A DNA stretch of 64,000 nt from a virus (IMGVR_UViG_3300021254_000020:96001-160000); one strand, 5' to 3'; counted from the first letter of the stretch, positions 18,692-27,046 are shown. The notes: generated by a model not told the origin, from the letters alone. Program-made: numbers and translations.

Positions 18692-19603
18692 TTACCCCTC
18701 CTTAGAGAATTTGCTCTTGATTTTGTCAATACCACTAGTAATACCATTCTTCACTTTAGAAGCCTGGTTGCTAACAGCATCTGCAGCTTTGCCACCCATC
18801 TCCTTAGCACTCTTAGCAGCACCAGAGATCTTCTTACCAGCACTATCCTTCAAATCGAACAGTTTGGATTTTAGTGATTTAGCCATAGCTTTCAGCTTAT
18901 CCATTTGACGAACAATCAGAGCTTTTGCACTAGCCGGAGCTTTCTTGGCTTCAGCCGCCTTAGCAGCAAGTGCCTTACGAACACTAGCCAGTTTCTTTGA
19001 TACTACAGATACAGCTCCTGACACTTTGTTTTTGGCCACACCATATGCGCCAGATACTTTATCCTTAGCATAGTCATAACCAGAGGATACCTTTCCTTTA
19101 GCGGTATTAAATCCACTAGAGAGTTTATCCTTAGCATCAGTGATGATGGACTCGTTCAAATAGTTCAAGCAATTTACACTCTCATCAAGAGTAGCATATT
19201 CCTGATCCATTTCAAGAGCTTCCATCAAAGAGCTGTAATACAAACTATCACTAGAAATACGAGCAACGTGACAGGGAAATCCAGCTTCGGCCAATTGAGT
19301 AAATGTATCAGCCAATTCATCATCAGCAATGATATTTTCTTCATTAGCTACAAAGCCCAAGTTATCCCGAGGAACACTATTAGCCTCACATACTCTATGG
19401 ATAGCAAGTCCAGCATCTTCGATGCCATAACACTGAGCAAAACCTAAGAATGATTCCAGCTGAATGAGATCTTGACCAAGACGAGAATTATGGCGTACAT
19501 TTACCATACTCGGGTCAAAAGCACTCTCACTCAGACTAAGATGGTCTATGCTGTCGAGGAGAGCAGTTGCTTCTCCCAACAGCTGATTCTGCTTAATCAG
19601 CAT
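18692..19603 (-). CDS. MLIKES-family paralog with 11-mer amphipathic repeats
   Basis: MLIKQNQL; AKDKLSSGFNT/AKGKVSSGYDY/AKDKVSGAYGV/AKNKVSGAVSV. Confidence 0.75.
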   Translation of the reverse strand: MLIKQNQLLGEATALLDSIDHLSLSESAFDPSMVNVRHNSRLGQDLIQLESFLGFAQCYGIEDAGLAIHRVCEANSVPRDNLGFVANEENIIADDELADTFTQLAEAGFPCHVARISSDSLYYSSLMEALEMDQEYATLDESVNCLNYLNESIITDAKDKLSSGFNTAKGKVSSGYDYAKDKVSGAYGVAKNKVSGAVSVVSKKLASVRKALAAKAAEAKKAPASAKALIVRQMDKLKAMAKSLKSKLFDLKDSAGKKISGAAKSAKEMGGKAADAVSNQASKVKNGITSGIDKIKSKFSKEG

Positions 19604-19655
19604 TTTTCATAACTCCTTCCATTATGGTATTAGCTGAACACAGTAGTTCAGCCAT

Positions 19656-19667
19656 TATAGGTTTGTC
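19656..19667 (-). promoter_or_regulatory. Late-type promoter motif GACA-N6-TA
   Basis: Minus strand GACAAACCTATA. Confidence 0.5.
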
Positions 19668-19687
19668 AAGTAAGTTAATTAATTCCA

Positions 19688-19894
19688 TTAAGATCTAGAT
19701 TGATTTATTGCCCTTTGCCGTTCATCAACTAGTTTAGCGATATGGGGAGGAACGTCCTTCTCATTCACTTCCGTAGTTGTTTTGTATATATTCATTTTCG
19801 GCTTACCAAGAAGCTTGTTAGTGGAATTAGTAACAGTAGATTTCAGTTTATCCATGAATCCCTCATTGAGATTTTGTGGTTTAAAGAACGGCAT
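19688..19894 (-). CDS. Small protein MPFFKPQNLNEGFMDK, probable virion protein
   Basis: GGTGG SD; LNEG leader motif. Confidence 0.6.
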   Translation of the reverse strand: MPFFKPQNLNEGFMDKLKSTVTNSTNKLLGKPKMNIYKTTTEVNEKDVPPHIAKLVDERQRAINQSRS

Positions 19895-19899
19895 ATCAT

Positions 19900-20466
19900 T
19901 CACCACCATTTACTATTATTGGCTACATAATCTACATTCTTATTCATCAACCAAATATAATCTCTCTTGGCTTGAGAAGAACCAGCCTCTCTATCATTCC
20001 AAGCGTCGACTACAGTATCTCTCAGGTCTTTGAATTTCTTCACTAACCAAGCAATGGCTTGTTTAATAGTATAAATAACAGTGGCAATGAATCCACCCTC
20101 TTCAGCCCTAGCTCTTGCCCTCCTACTTTCCATCTCCTCTAATTTATCTCTTAGAGCACGGAATAATACTTTAGCAGATCTAGGTTCTTTAACGAGTTTC
20201 CCAGCAGTATATTTGGTGATACCTAATGCAGCACCAATAGCAGTAATTCCCTCATCATCAGCAGATTCATTCAAGTTATTTAATGGGAACGTGGTGTTCT
20301 TAATATCATTAGCAATAATTTGGATATCATCTAGAGTACCACATTCTCCAAGAATAAACTCAGCCATCTTATATTGGAAAATACCACTTTCTACATATGC
20401 TTCTAAATTATTGGAAAACTCATTAGCCATTTCATTTTCTTGAGGGGTATTATCATTAATCAGCAT
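19900..20466 (-). CDS. Divergent MLIKES-family member
   Basis: LNES followed by GITAIGAALGI; C-domain GFIATVIYTIKQAIAWL. Confidence 0.6.
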   Translation of the reverse strand: MLINDNTPQENEMANEFSNNLEAYVESGIFQYKMAEFILGECGTLDDIQIIANDIKNTTFPLNNLNESADDEGITAIGAALGITKYTAGKLVKEPRSAKVLFRALRDKLEEMESRRARARAEEGGFIATVIYTIKQAIAWLVKKFKDLRDTVVDAWNDREAGSSQAKRDYIWLMNKNVDYVANNSKWW

Positions 20467-20479
20467 GATTATCCCTCCA

Positions 20480-21406
20480 TTATTTCTTGATACCTCTTAT
20501 CTTATTCATGATGGCATCTTTAAGTCTAATAAGCGCATCTATTCCCTTTTGAACTAAGCTTTTCTTATTCTGATCATATTCACCACTGGCCAGCTTTCTG
20601 CTAAAGAAGCTAATCTTCTGAGTAACCTGATCAAACATATCTCTTAGTTTATCTGCAACAGCTCCAGCTCCACCATTAGCCATATCACCAACAGTACTAG
20701 CAAGAGATCTCTTCATACCATTAACAAAGTCACCAACTGCTTCCAAACCCTCACCACTAACACCATGTGCTTGAGCAATGTTTTGAATAGCTTGAGTAGG
20801 AGCAAAGCTATCCAGTCTACGTCTAGCAGCACCTTCACCAGCAGATTTTACACCACTGCTTACTGCATTTTTAGCAGCATTGAGTCCTACAGATACTGCA
20901 CCCATAGCAGTATCTTTTGCACCTTGACTGATTCCTCTTTTAACCCCTGAGAAAAAGTCTCCAAGACCTTCATTAACAATAGCATCAATGGCTTCGCTAT
21001 TATCAGTTTCTACAGCTTCTTGTAGCTTATCTCCAAATGCTTTTGCAAGAGGATTTTGGTTTACTCTAGCGTATACTTCCTTACCCTCTTTAATGAGAGA
21101 TTTGTATAAATTATTAGCTTCTTCATTCATACAGATAGTGCTAGGACGAATGGAGTAGCAAATATCTGATTCACAAATTCTATTCATCTCAGATACTTTC
21201 TCAATCAATTCGTTAAAACCAATATTATTCTCATGACAGAATCGATATCCTTCTTCTACACTGATCATATACTGATCACAATTAGGTCTCTCATAAATCT
21301 TAAATAAGCTAAGTTGTTCAGTTTCAGAATCTGCCTCTTCATCAATAGGAAGATAGCTCATCTCTTCTAGAACAGACTTAGTATTCTCTCTAGTATTAAA
21401 TAGCAT
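20480..21406 (-). CDS. Divergent MLIKES-family member
   Basis: Acidic N-domain ending IVNEG; Gly/Ala-rich basic C-half. Confidence 0.6.
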   Translation of the reverse strand: MLFNTRENTKSVLEEMSYLPIDEEADSETEQLSLFKIYERPNCDQYMISVEEGYRFCHENNIGFNELIEKVSEMNRICESDICYSIRPSTICMNEEANNLYKSLIKEGKEVYARVNQNPLAKAFGDKLQEAVETDNSEAIDAIVNEGLGDFFSGVKRGISQGAKDTAMGAVSVGLNAAKNAVSSGVKSAGEGAARRRLDSFAPTQAIQNIAQAHGVSGEGLEAVGDFVNGMKRSLASTVGDMANGGAGAVADKLRDMFDQVTQKISFFSRKLASGEYDQNKKSLVQKGIDALIRLKDAIMNKIRGIKK

Positions 21407-21429
21407 ATTGATTCAACCTCCTTTATAAT

Positions 21430-21441
21430 TACTCTCATGTC
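21430..21441 (-). promoter_or_regulatory. Late-type promoter motif GACA-N6-TA
   Basis: Minus strand GACATGAGAGTA. Confidence 0.5.
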
Positions 21442-21446
21442 TTCCA

Positions 21447-22238
21447 TCATCTATTTAGCATACTATGTAATTTATCAGTCAACTTTCTTATAGCAGCCTT
21501 TATCTTCCATAGTATCTTACCAATTATTCCCTTATTCTCCCAGTGCTCTCTTTCAGCCCGTTCATACTTTGATTCATACTCTGCTTTTTTGCCAGCTAGT
21601 ACTCTTAGCTTCTTAATTAACTCTGATCTCTGCCATCTTGGTTTTCTAGCATCATTATCAGCAACATGATCAGCTATCTTTTTCCCTACATAAAGAGTTC
21701 CTAATAGAGCAGCACCTTGCTTAGCTGTTCTTTTTAGATTATCCTTTGCTTCTCTTTTTGCTTGGTTAATCTGTTTAGGAACCTCACTTCTAATAGCACT
21801 GGTTATTCCATGAACAAAACCATTCTTCAAATCTTCTATATCACTTTCGTTTATGAATTGATCAAAGAGAGTAAAGTCTTGGTATTGCTCATAAAATGAT
21901 ATAGCATCCTCTATAAGTTTAGTATGATGCTTAGTATTTAGTGGACGTATAGACACCTTGGTGTTCTTAATATACTTCTTTTTATTTCTTAGATAATGAG
22001 GATTATTTATTAGCCTAACCTCATCAACTATAACTCCTAGTTTAGATGGATCTACATGATAATGGCTATATATTAGGCCCTCTTTACCAGACTCTACTAA
22101 AGAGATATAATCATCTAAAAAAATATAGACGGTACCATCAAGGGATTCTATTAATCTAGCTTCTTCGATAGTCATATCTCTATATTGTATTCTGGGAAGA
22201 GAATCTAATACGCTGGGCTGATCTACAAACTTAATCAT
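21447..22238 (-). CDS. Divergent MLIKES-family member
   Basis: LGVIVDEV; FINES; GAALLGTLYVG; GIIGKILWKIKAAIRKL. Confidence 0.6.
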   Translation of the reverse strand: MIKFVDQPSVLDSLPRIQYRDMTIEEARLIESLDGTVYIFLDDYISLVESGKEGLIYSHYHVDPSKLGVIVDEVRLINNPHYLRNKKKYIKNTKVSIRPLNTKHHTKLIEDAISFYEQYQDFTLFDQFINESDIEDLKNGFVHGITSAIRSEVPKQINQAKREAKDNLKRTAKQGAALLGTLYVGKKIADHVADNDARKPRWQRSELIKKLRVLAGKKAEYESKYERAEREHWENKGIIGKILWKIKAAIRKLTDKLHSMLNR

Positions 22239-23170
22239 TTTACCAACCCCACTTTACGCCCTAGGGCTTGTATAGCCCATTTAATCTTAGCAATAATCTT
22301 AGAGATTATGCCCTGCTGCTGAGGAGGAGCTGTCTGCGCTTTACCAGTAAGAATATTTAGCATCTTATTCAGACTATTAATCATTCTAGTAGCTACTCCT
22401 GGATTAGCATTATTTATATTATCCTGACTAGTGAGACTATTAAACATAGCACCCATACCACCAAGTACTGCTACTACTCCAGCACCAAATTTAGCTCCTC
22501 GAACATATGGTTTCAATTTATCTTTAGTGGTACCAGCAGCTTTGTCTATAGTGTTACCAACTACCTTATTAGCTGTATCAGACATGTTGCTGATAAACTT
22601 CTTTTTTCTTTCAGGATCGCTTAGATAATCTTGAGCACCTTTCATCAAACCACTAGTTAGTTTAGAACCTATATAGCCCAAAACATCATTCTTGGCTTGA
22701 TTATAACTATCCTTAGCATCGTTTCCTAGTTTATTCAATCCCTGAAGTTGGCTACTAGTCCAAGATAATACACCCTCAGTCAACATCTCAGTCATATAGG
22801 TATCTTCAGCAGCTAGATCCATTTCTACTACATCTTCTAATACCTTATCCAATTGGAAATCAGTACCAGCATCAACATACTGCATCTTGATATTATTTAT
22901 AGACTCTAATACAGCATCTCTATATTCTGTATTCTCATAAAACATAGCTTGATGAACTACAGCTATACACTCATTCACTTTATGCTCTTTAGCAATATCC
23001 TTCATAGCTTTAGTAAGAGTAATCTCTTTTCTATTAGCCGTCTCAATAATAGAGGAAAAGTTAACAATACATTCTTCTCTATTCTTTGGTCTAGCTATAA
23101 TCATACTCTCATTAGTGATTCTAGGTAATACCAATGGGATTGGTTTCGTTTGTGACCGTGATATTAACAT
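22235..23170 (-). CDS. Divergent MLIKES-family member
   Basis: MLTEG junction; FGAGVVAVLGGMGAMF; GIISKIIAKIKWAIQAL. Confidence 0.6.
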   Translation of the reverse strand: MLISRSQTKPIPLVLPRITNESMIIARPKNREECIVNFSSIIETANRKEITLTKAMKDIAKEHKVNECIAVVHQAMFYENTEYRDAVLESINNIKMQYVDAGTDFQLDKVLEDVVEMDLAAEDTYMTEMLTEGVLSWTSSQLQGLNKLGNDAKDSYNQAKNDVLGYIGSKLTSGLMKGAQDYLSDPERKKKFISNMSDTANKVVGNTIDKAAGTTKDKLKPYVRGAKFGAGVVAVLGGMGAMFNSLTSQDNINNANPGVATRMINSLNKMLNILTGKAQTAPPQQQGIISKIIAKIKWAIQALGRKVGLVK

Positions 23171-23933
23171 TACCAATCACCCCTCCTTCTTGCTGTTCTC
23201 TTATAGCCAATGCGTTCTCTTGTTGCTCTCTTAGAGCGTTATTATATCTATCGATTCTAGTCTGTAAAGTTTTGATTATATCTTCAGTTTTAGGGAACTC
23301 ATAACTACCAGTAGGATCTATATAAACAGACGATACATTCAGTATCTTGGTTTCTTTAGCAAACTCATATTGAGCAGAATAGTGCTCATTGGTTGCTAGT
23401 ATACGTTTCAGTTCAGGGTCGATCCAAGGATCGTACTCTTTGAAGAAAACTTTGTAATACCCGAAAGGTGCAAATGTAGGAACGAATAGGAACCCATTAT
23501 GAACCAACTCATGCACTGTCTCAGATAATGGTATTAAACCTATAACCATCCTATAGTGGTTCCACATAACCTCTTGAGCTATGTCATTCTCTTCTATAGA
23601 TTCATGCAAAGCTAATCTCTTTTGGTATACAGTGGCCACTATATCAAATAAAGTCGGAATGGCATGATGAATATGTATGTGAATTGATGGAGTATCTAGA
23701 TTACTCACATTCTTATAGAAAGCACATTTATTCATATCAGAGTGTTGTCTCAGGAACTGGATCATTCTCTGATAGCACCATGACTGTCTACAAATACGTT
23801 CTACAGCAAAAAAGAATTTAGTAAGATTCTTAGACTTAGTAAGATCATAATCCTCAATATCAAATTCGGGAAGATGATCGATTTTAATCACTTCCTTTGG
23901 TTCAGGAAGTGGGACTTGACAATATTGCATCAT
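23121..23933 (-). CDS. Hypothetical protein with degenerate HNH-like His motifs
   Basis: IHIHIHH...GLIPLSETVHELVHNG resembles the HNH pattern H...L..LC..CH..VH. Confidence 0.5.
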   Translation of the reverse strand: MMQYCQVPLPEPKEVIKIDHLPEFDIEDYDLTKSKNLTKFFFAVERICRQSWCYQRMIQFLRQHSDMNKCAFYKNVSNLDTPSIHIHIHHAIPTLFDIVATVYQKRLALHESIEENDIAQEVMWNHYRMVIGLIPLSETVHELVHNGFLFVPTFAPFGYYKVFFKEYDPWIDPELKRILATNEHYSAQYEFAKETKILNVSSVYIDPTGSYEFPKTEDIIKTLQTRIDRYNNALREQQENALAIREQQEGGVIGNVNITVTNETNPIGIT

Positions 23934-23966
23934 TTTAACTCACCCCTTTCAATTAGGTGTCGTAAT

Positions 23967-23978
23967 TACCTAAATGTT
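23967..23978 (-). promoter_or_regulatory. Late-type promoter motif AACA-N6-TA at the head of the virion-protein array
   Basis: Minus strand AACATTTAGGTA, exact match to the AR9 late consensus. Confidence 0.6.
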
Positions 23979-24047
23979 GCGCATGGGGCATTTTAGGCAA
24001 AAAAGAAGGGCCCACTAGGGGCCAAGTAGATGTGAGGATATGTGCTG

Positions 24048-24365
24048 TTAGAGCTGGAGCTCTAACAATTTCCCCAATTGATGGCCATTGGTTAGGTCCA
24101 TCGATTCAGGAACACATGCATATGCAAAGATATACTGGTCAGGATTATTTACAGGAGAGACCTCTGTGGTGATAGCCACGAGATCCTGTTTGTCTGCAGC
24201 ATCATTCCAGATCTTTGCAGACGCTACAGTCTTACCCTTGAATTCCAGAATTTGCATTACTTCAGCAATAATATCGCCAGGTTCTCCGTCCTTAGTGGCG
24301 ATGGTTTTCACATGGATCTGATCATTTTCTAACAATTGGGTCAGTTTAACAACCTTGTACTTCAT
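24048..24365 (-). CDS. Hypothetical protein, paralog of 25505-25828
   Basis: MKYK/MNYK start; YACVPESM vs YAVIPSDM; LLEL near end. Confidence 0.7.
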   Translation of the reverse strand: MKYKVVKLTQLLENDQIHVKTIATKDGEPGDIIAEVMQILEFKGKTVASAKIWNDAADKQDLVAITTEVSPVNNPDQYIFAYACVPESMDLTNGHQLGKLLELQL

Positions 24366-24613
24366 TTTAATCCCTCCATATATTCTCCAAGTCTTTTAAT
24401 ATCAGACTTGATTCTATCTTTGAATTTCTCATCCATGGGAGTGGTTCTACCAGTCATCAACTGATAAGCGCAATGTTTCTCCCATCCTTGCAGCGTTTCG
24501 AAAATTGGTTCTGCTAACTCTTTTAGTTTCTGTAGTTCCTCATCCCTCCCTTGAACTTGTAGATTGTTATACATATTATCCAATTCAATTCTTAATGCCT
24601 CTATTATAGTCAT
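24362..24613 (-). CDS. Hypothetical protein
   Basis: ORF with GGAGG SD, overlaps next start. Confidence 0.7.
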   Translation of the reverse strand: MTIIEALRIELDNMYNNLQVQGRDEELQKLKELAEPIFETLQGWEKHCAYQLMTGRTTPMDEKFKDRIKSDIKRLGEYMEGLK

Positions 24614-24633
24614 TCTACCTCCCTCCTAATAAC

Positions 24634-24933
24634 CTATGAATCAGACTTCCTAGTCTTCTTGCGAGTCTTATTCTTTTCTTCATTGTACTCAGCCTCCTCC
24701 TGGTACTTATCCAGCCACTCAAGACGCATTTTGCTCGCCTTTTTAATGTTAAAGGTATACTCACATCTTATTTCCTCTGCTTCTTCTTCCATGCAGAGTA
24801 ATACATTGTAAAGAGCGATCACCATCCCATAATCAGCCTTGTCTTGGTAAGTGCGGATACGTAATTTCATACGGCTCCGCATCACCTTCACCAGTTCGAT
24901 AAAATCCTCTTTTGCCATGCTATCAATTTCCAT
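24634..24933 (-). CDS. Hypothetical protein
   Basis: ORF with AGGAGG SD. Confidence 0.7.
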   Translation of the reverse strand: MEIDSMAKEDFIELVKVMRSRMKLRIRTYQDKADYGMVIALYNVLLCMEEEAEEIRCEYTFNIKKASKMRLEWLDKYQEEAEYNEEKNKTRKKTRKSDS

Positions 24934-24954
24934 GATATATCCTCCTTCATTAAT

Positions 24955-25404
24955 CTACATATGCGGAATCCATTTCTTCAGGCATTCAATAAAATCGTAA
25001 TTCCTTTCTACTTCGATTTTGTCTAAATTAAGATCCTTGCATAAATCTAATAATTCTTCATCACTAGCTCCTCCTTTTGTAGCAAATGCTACTACTTCGA
25101 TTAACTTACACTTCTCCTTATAATCTTCATCCTTATAATTTAAAATGATATAAGAGACTAATGGATCAAAAACTGGAGAGGTATTATGAGTCATTTCTCT
25201 CCCGATACGCTCTATTATTCCATAGAATGATAACCATCTTATTCCTCCCTTCTCCCAATTTGACACTGTTTGCGGAGATACGCTGAATACTTCGGCAAAT
25301 TCCCTAAGAGAATATCTGCCAAGATAGCGGATATTCCTTATATTTGCTGATAGTGCATTGAGCTTCATCAGATCATATTTATCTGCTGGATATTGCATCC
25401 CCAT
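24955..25404 (-). CDS. XRE-family helix-turn-helix protein
   Basis: NIRNIRYLGRYSLREFAEVFSVSPQTVSNWEKG. Confidence 0.8.
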   Translation of the reverse strand: MGMQYPADKYDLMKLNALSANIRNIRYLGRYSLREFAEVFSVSPQTVSNWEKGGIRWLSFYGIIERIGREMTHNTSPVFDPLVSYIILNYKDEDYKEKCKLIEVVAFATKGGASDEELLDLCKDLNLDKIEVERNYDFIECLKKWIPHM

Positions 25405-25421
25405 GATATATCATCTCCTTT

Positions 25422-25441
25422 CACTACTATAATATATCATC
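25422..25441 (-). promoter_or_regulatory. Early-type promoter motif
   Basis: Minus strand GATGATATATTATAGTAGTG. Confidence 0.55.
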
Positions 25442-25504
25442 ATATTTGGTTCAATTTACAGACAAACAATGGAGTCTCAATTAAGAGACTCCACTATAGT
25501 TGTA

Positions 25505-25828
25505 TTACAATTCTAATAATGCTTCAATCTGATCTATGTATTCAATCTGCATATCACTAGGAATTACTGCATATGTAAGAAGAGGATCTTTAGCCTTATC
25601 ATCTACCTCTTCAATAGTTCTAGCACAGTAGAGAGTCATAACCCCACCTTGAGACCTATCTTGTACAAACCCAATATGGATTTTCTTATCCTTAAATAGA
25701 TCTACCATAGTAGCCCAAGCCATAGCCTGTTCTTGGTTAATTCCCTTACGTTCTTCGATATGAGAGATGAAATATCCTCCTTCTTTGTTACTAGAATCCT
25801 TCTTAATACCAATCAGTTTGTAGTTCAT
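25505..25828 (-). CDS. Hypothetical protein, paralog of 24048-24365
   Basis: See paralog; AGGAGG SD. Confidence 0.7.
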   Translation of the reverse strand: MNYKLIGIKKDSSNKEGGYFISHIEERKGINQEQAMAWATMVDLFKDKKIHIGFVQDRSQGGVMTLYCARTIEEVDDKAKDPLLTYAVIPSDMQIEYIDQIEALLEL

Positions 25829-25879
25829 ATTATCAACCTCCTATATATCTATACTTAATGGTTATTGAAAAAATCAAAA

Positions 25880-25910
25880 TAGAAAAGGGTAGGCATGGAA
25901 GCCTACCCTA
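25880..25910 (-). terminator. Intrinsic terminator ending the tRNA-like transcript
   Basis: AGGGTAGGC-TTCCAT-GCCTACCCT-TTTCTATTTT on minus strand. Confidence 0.75.
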
Positions 25911-25941
25911 AACTATTTTTTAGAAGTTTTATGATGCCAAG

Positions 25942-26023
25942 TGACGGAACTACTCAGACTCGCACTGAGATTCTCAGGGAAAAATTGGCAAAACCTGAGC
26001 TTCTACTATTGAATTATAGTTCC
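25942..26023 (-). ncRNA. tRNA-like element with an expanded 15-nt anticodon loop containing TTGCCAA and a TGCGAGT T-loop
   Basis: Acceptor GGAACTA/TAGTTCC, D-arm TTC/GAA, anticodon stem TCAGG/CCTGA, T-stem CTCAG/CTGAG; ends GTCA rather than NCCA. Confidence 0.7.
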
Positions 26024-26150
26024 ATGAATCTAGGACTCGAACCTAGATTAGTTTATATCAATGGGAGCTTCCAACCCATTTGATATCGGAGGTGGGAGAG
26101 GTAGAAAAACATATAAAAAGCCCTCTCCCATAGCAATAGGATTCTACTGC

Positions 26151-26170
26151 TACATGTAATATATATTGAC
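26151..26170 (-). promoter_or_regulatory. Early-type promoter driving a non-coding hairpin/tRNA-like transcript
   Basis: Minus strand GTCAATATATATTACATGTA contains TATATTAC. Confidence 0.55.
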
Positions 26171-26192
26171 TCTCGAAAATGAGGGGAATATC

Positions 26193-26231
26193 AAAAAAGA
26201 AGAAGAATAGGTGATCAGACTATCTTCTTCT
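26193..26231 (-). terminator. Intrinsic terminator of the large ncRNA candidate
   Basis: AGAAGAAGATAG...CTATTCTTCTTC followed by TTTTTT on minus strand. Confidence 0.7.
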
Positions 26232-26235
26232 CATT

Positions 26236-26627
26236 CTCGGACGTCCCAAATATGACCATGTATCCCAAGCCTACCCGACACAACAGAGTTATCTCTGTCT
26301 GTTGCCGGCTTAATTTATAGACAAAAGAACATCCGAACTAGTTAAGGAATTGTAACCAGGTGACTAATTTGTTTTAATCAATCCCTTCATACTTCCAGTA
26401 CTACTGTATAGCATGGCCCGCACCATTCGCGGTTCACGGAATCAAACTAGTGCACCAGTCTTGGGTTCCTGGCACTTTGTCTTTTGGACTCATCTCTGCA
26501 CCTACAAGAAGGTCTCTGGTAATTATAAAATAATACTCGAGGATAGACTACTTGAAACCGCATCCTCATGAACGCATATTCATCTCTCCGTATGAATATA
26601 TCAAGAATTACATCAATCTCCCCGAGT
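26236..26627 (-). ncRNA. Candidate large structured non-coding RNA (~390 nt)
   Basis: Closing helix CTCGG/CCGAG, more than 10 internal complementary pairs, own promoter motif (26627-26638) and terminator, no SD-led ORF. Confidence 0.65.
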
Positions 26628-26638
26628 ACTATATTGTC
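26627..26638 (-). promoter_or_regulatory. Late-type promoter GACA-N6-TA placing +1 at the 5' end of the ncRNA
   Basis: Minus strand GACAATATAGTA followed directly by CTCGGGG. Confidence 0.6.
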
Positions 26639-26662
26639 ACTAGTATATTTATTTTTTAAATA

Positions 26663-26747
26663 TGGTGCGCCCGGAGGGGGTCGAACCCTCACTCACTTAA
26701 GAATACGCTCCTAAGGCGTACGTGTATACCTATTTCACCACGGGCGC
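26663..26747 (-). tRNA. trnL: tRNA-Leu (anticodon UAG), CCA encoded
   Basis: GCGCCCG acceptor, TACGC-CTTAGGA-GCGTA anticodon arm, long variable region, GAGGG-TTCGACC-CCCTC T-arm, ACCA end. Confidence 0.95.
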
Positions 26748-26756
26748 AACTACTAG

Positions 26757-26768
26757 TACTATAGTGTT
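26757..26768 (-). promoter_or_regulatory. Late-type promoter AACA-N6-TA upstream of tRNA-Leu
   Basis: Minus strand AACACTATAGTA about 10 nt before the tRNA 5' end. Confidence 0.6.
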
Positions 26769-26777
26769 ATATCCGTA

Positions 26778-26954
26778 TTATTTTTTAATATCATCTAAAA
26801 CGGAGAAGATAGTAGACAAGATATTCTCCATAGAATCTAACAGCATATCTACCTTGAAGCTAGCGCCTTTATCATCCTTGCCGGGGATAAGCTTCATGAT
26901 ATCTTGCCTTAGTTTATCGAAATCATCATTGATTTTCTTATATTTACCATTCAT
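26778..26954 (-). CDS. Small hypothetical protein
   Basis: GGAGGTG SD before 26954; early-like motif at about 26981-27000. Confidence 0.65.
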   Translation of the reverse strand: MNGKYKKINDDFDKLRQDIMKLIPGKDDKGASFKVDMLLDSMENILSTIFSVLDDIKK

Positions 26955-27046
26955 ATTTTCACCTCCCATTAACTGCTTCCACAGTAATAATATGCAATCG
27001 AAATTAAAATTACCCTACTCGTAATTGAGTAGGGTAATGGATTATT

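Noticed and set aside
23121-23933. Mobile HNH homing endonuclease
   Set aside because: Motif is degenerate (lacks the Cys/Asn pattern) and the gene heads the late operon, more like a domesticated core gene
25895-26083. 62-aa plus-strand ORF
   Set aside because: Begins within a terminator hairpin and overlaps the tRNA-like element on the opposite strand
26236-26627. tmRNA or RNase P identity for the large RNA
   Set aside because: No tRNA-Ala-like ends, T-arm or CCA; no GAGGAAAGUCC P4 core, only a short GTGCCAG resemblance
26447-26692. 81-aa minus-strand ORF
   Set aside because: Starts inside the tRNA-Leu and has no SD; the region is better explained as tRNA plus structured RNA
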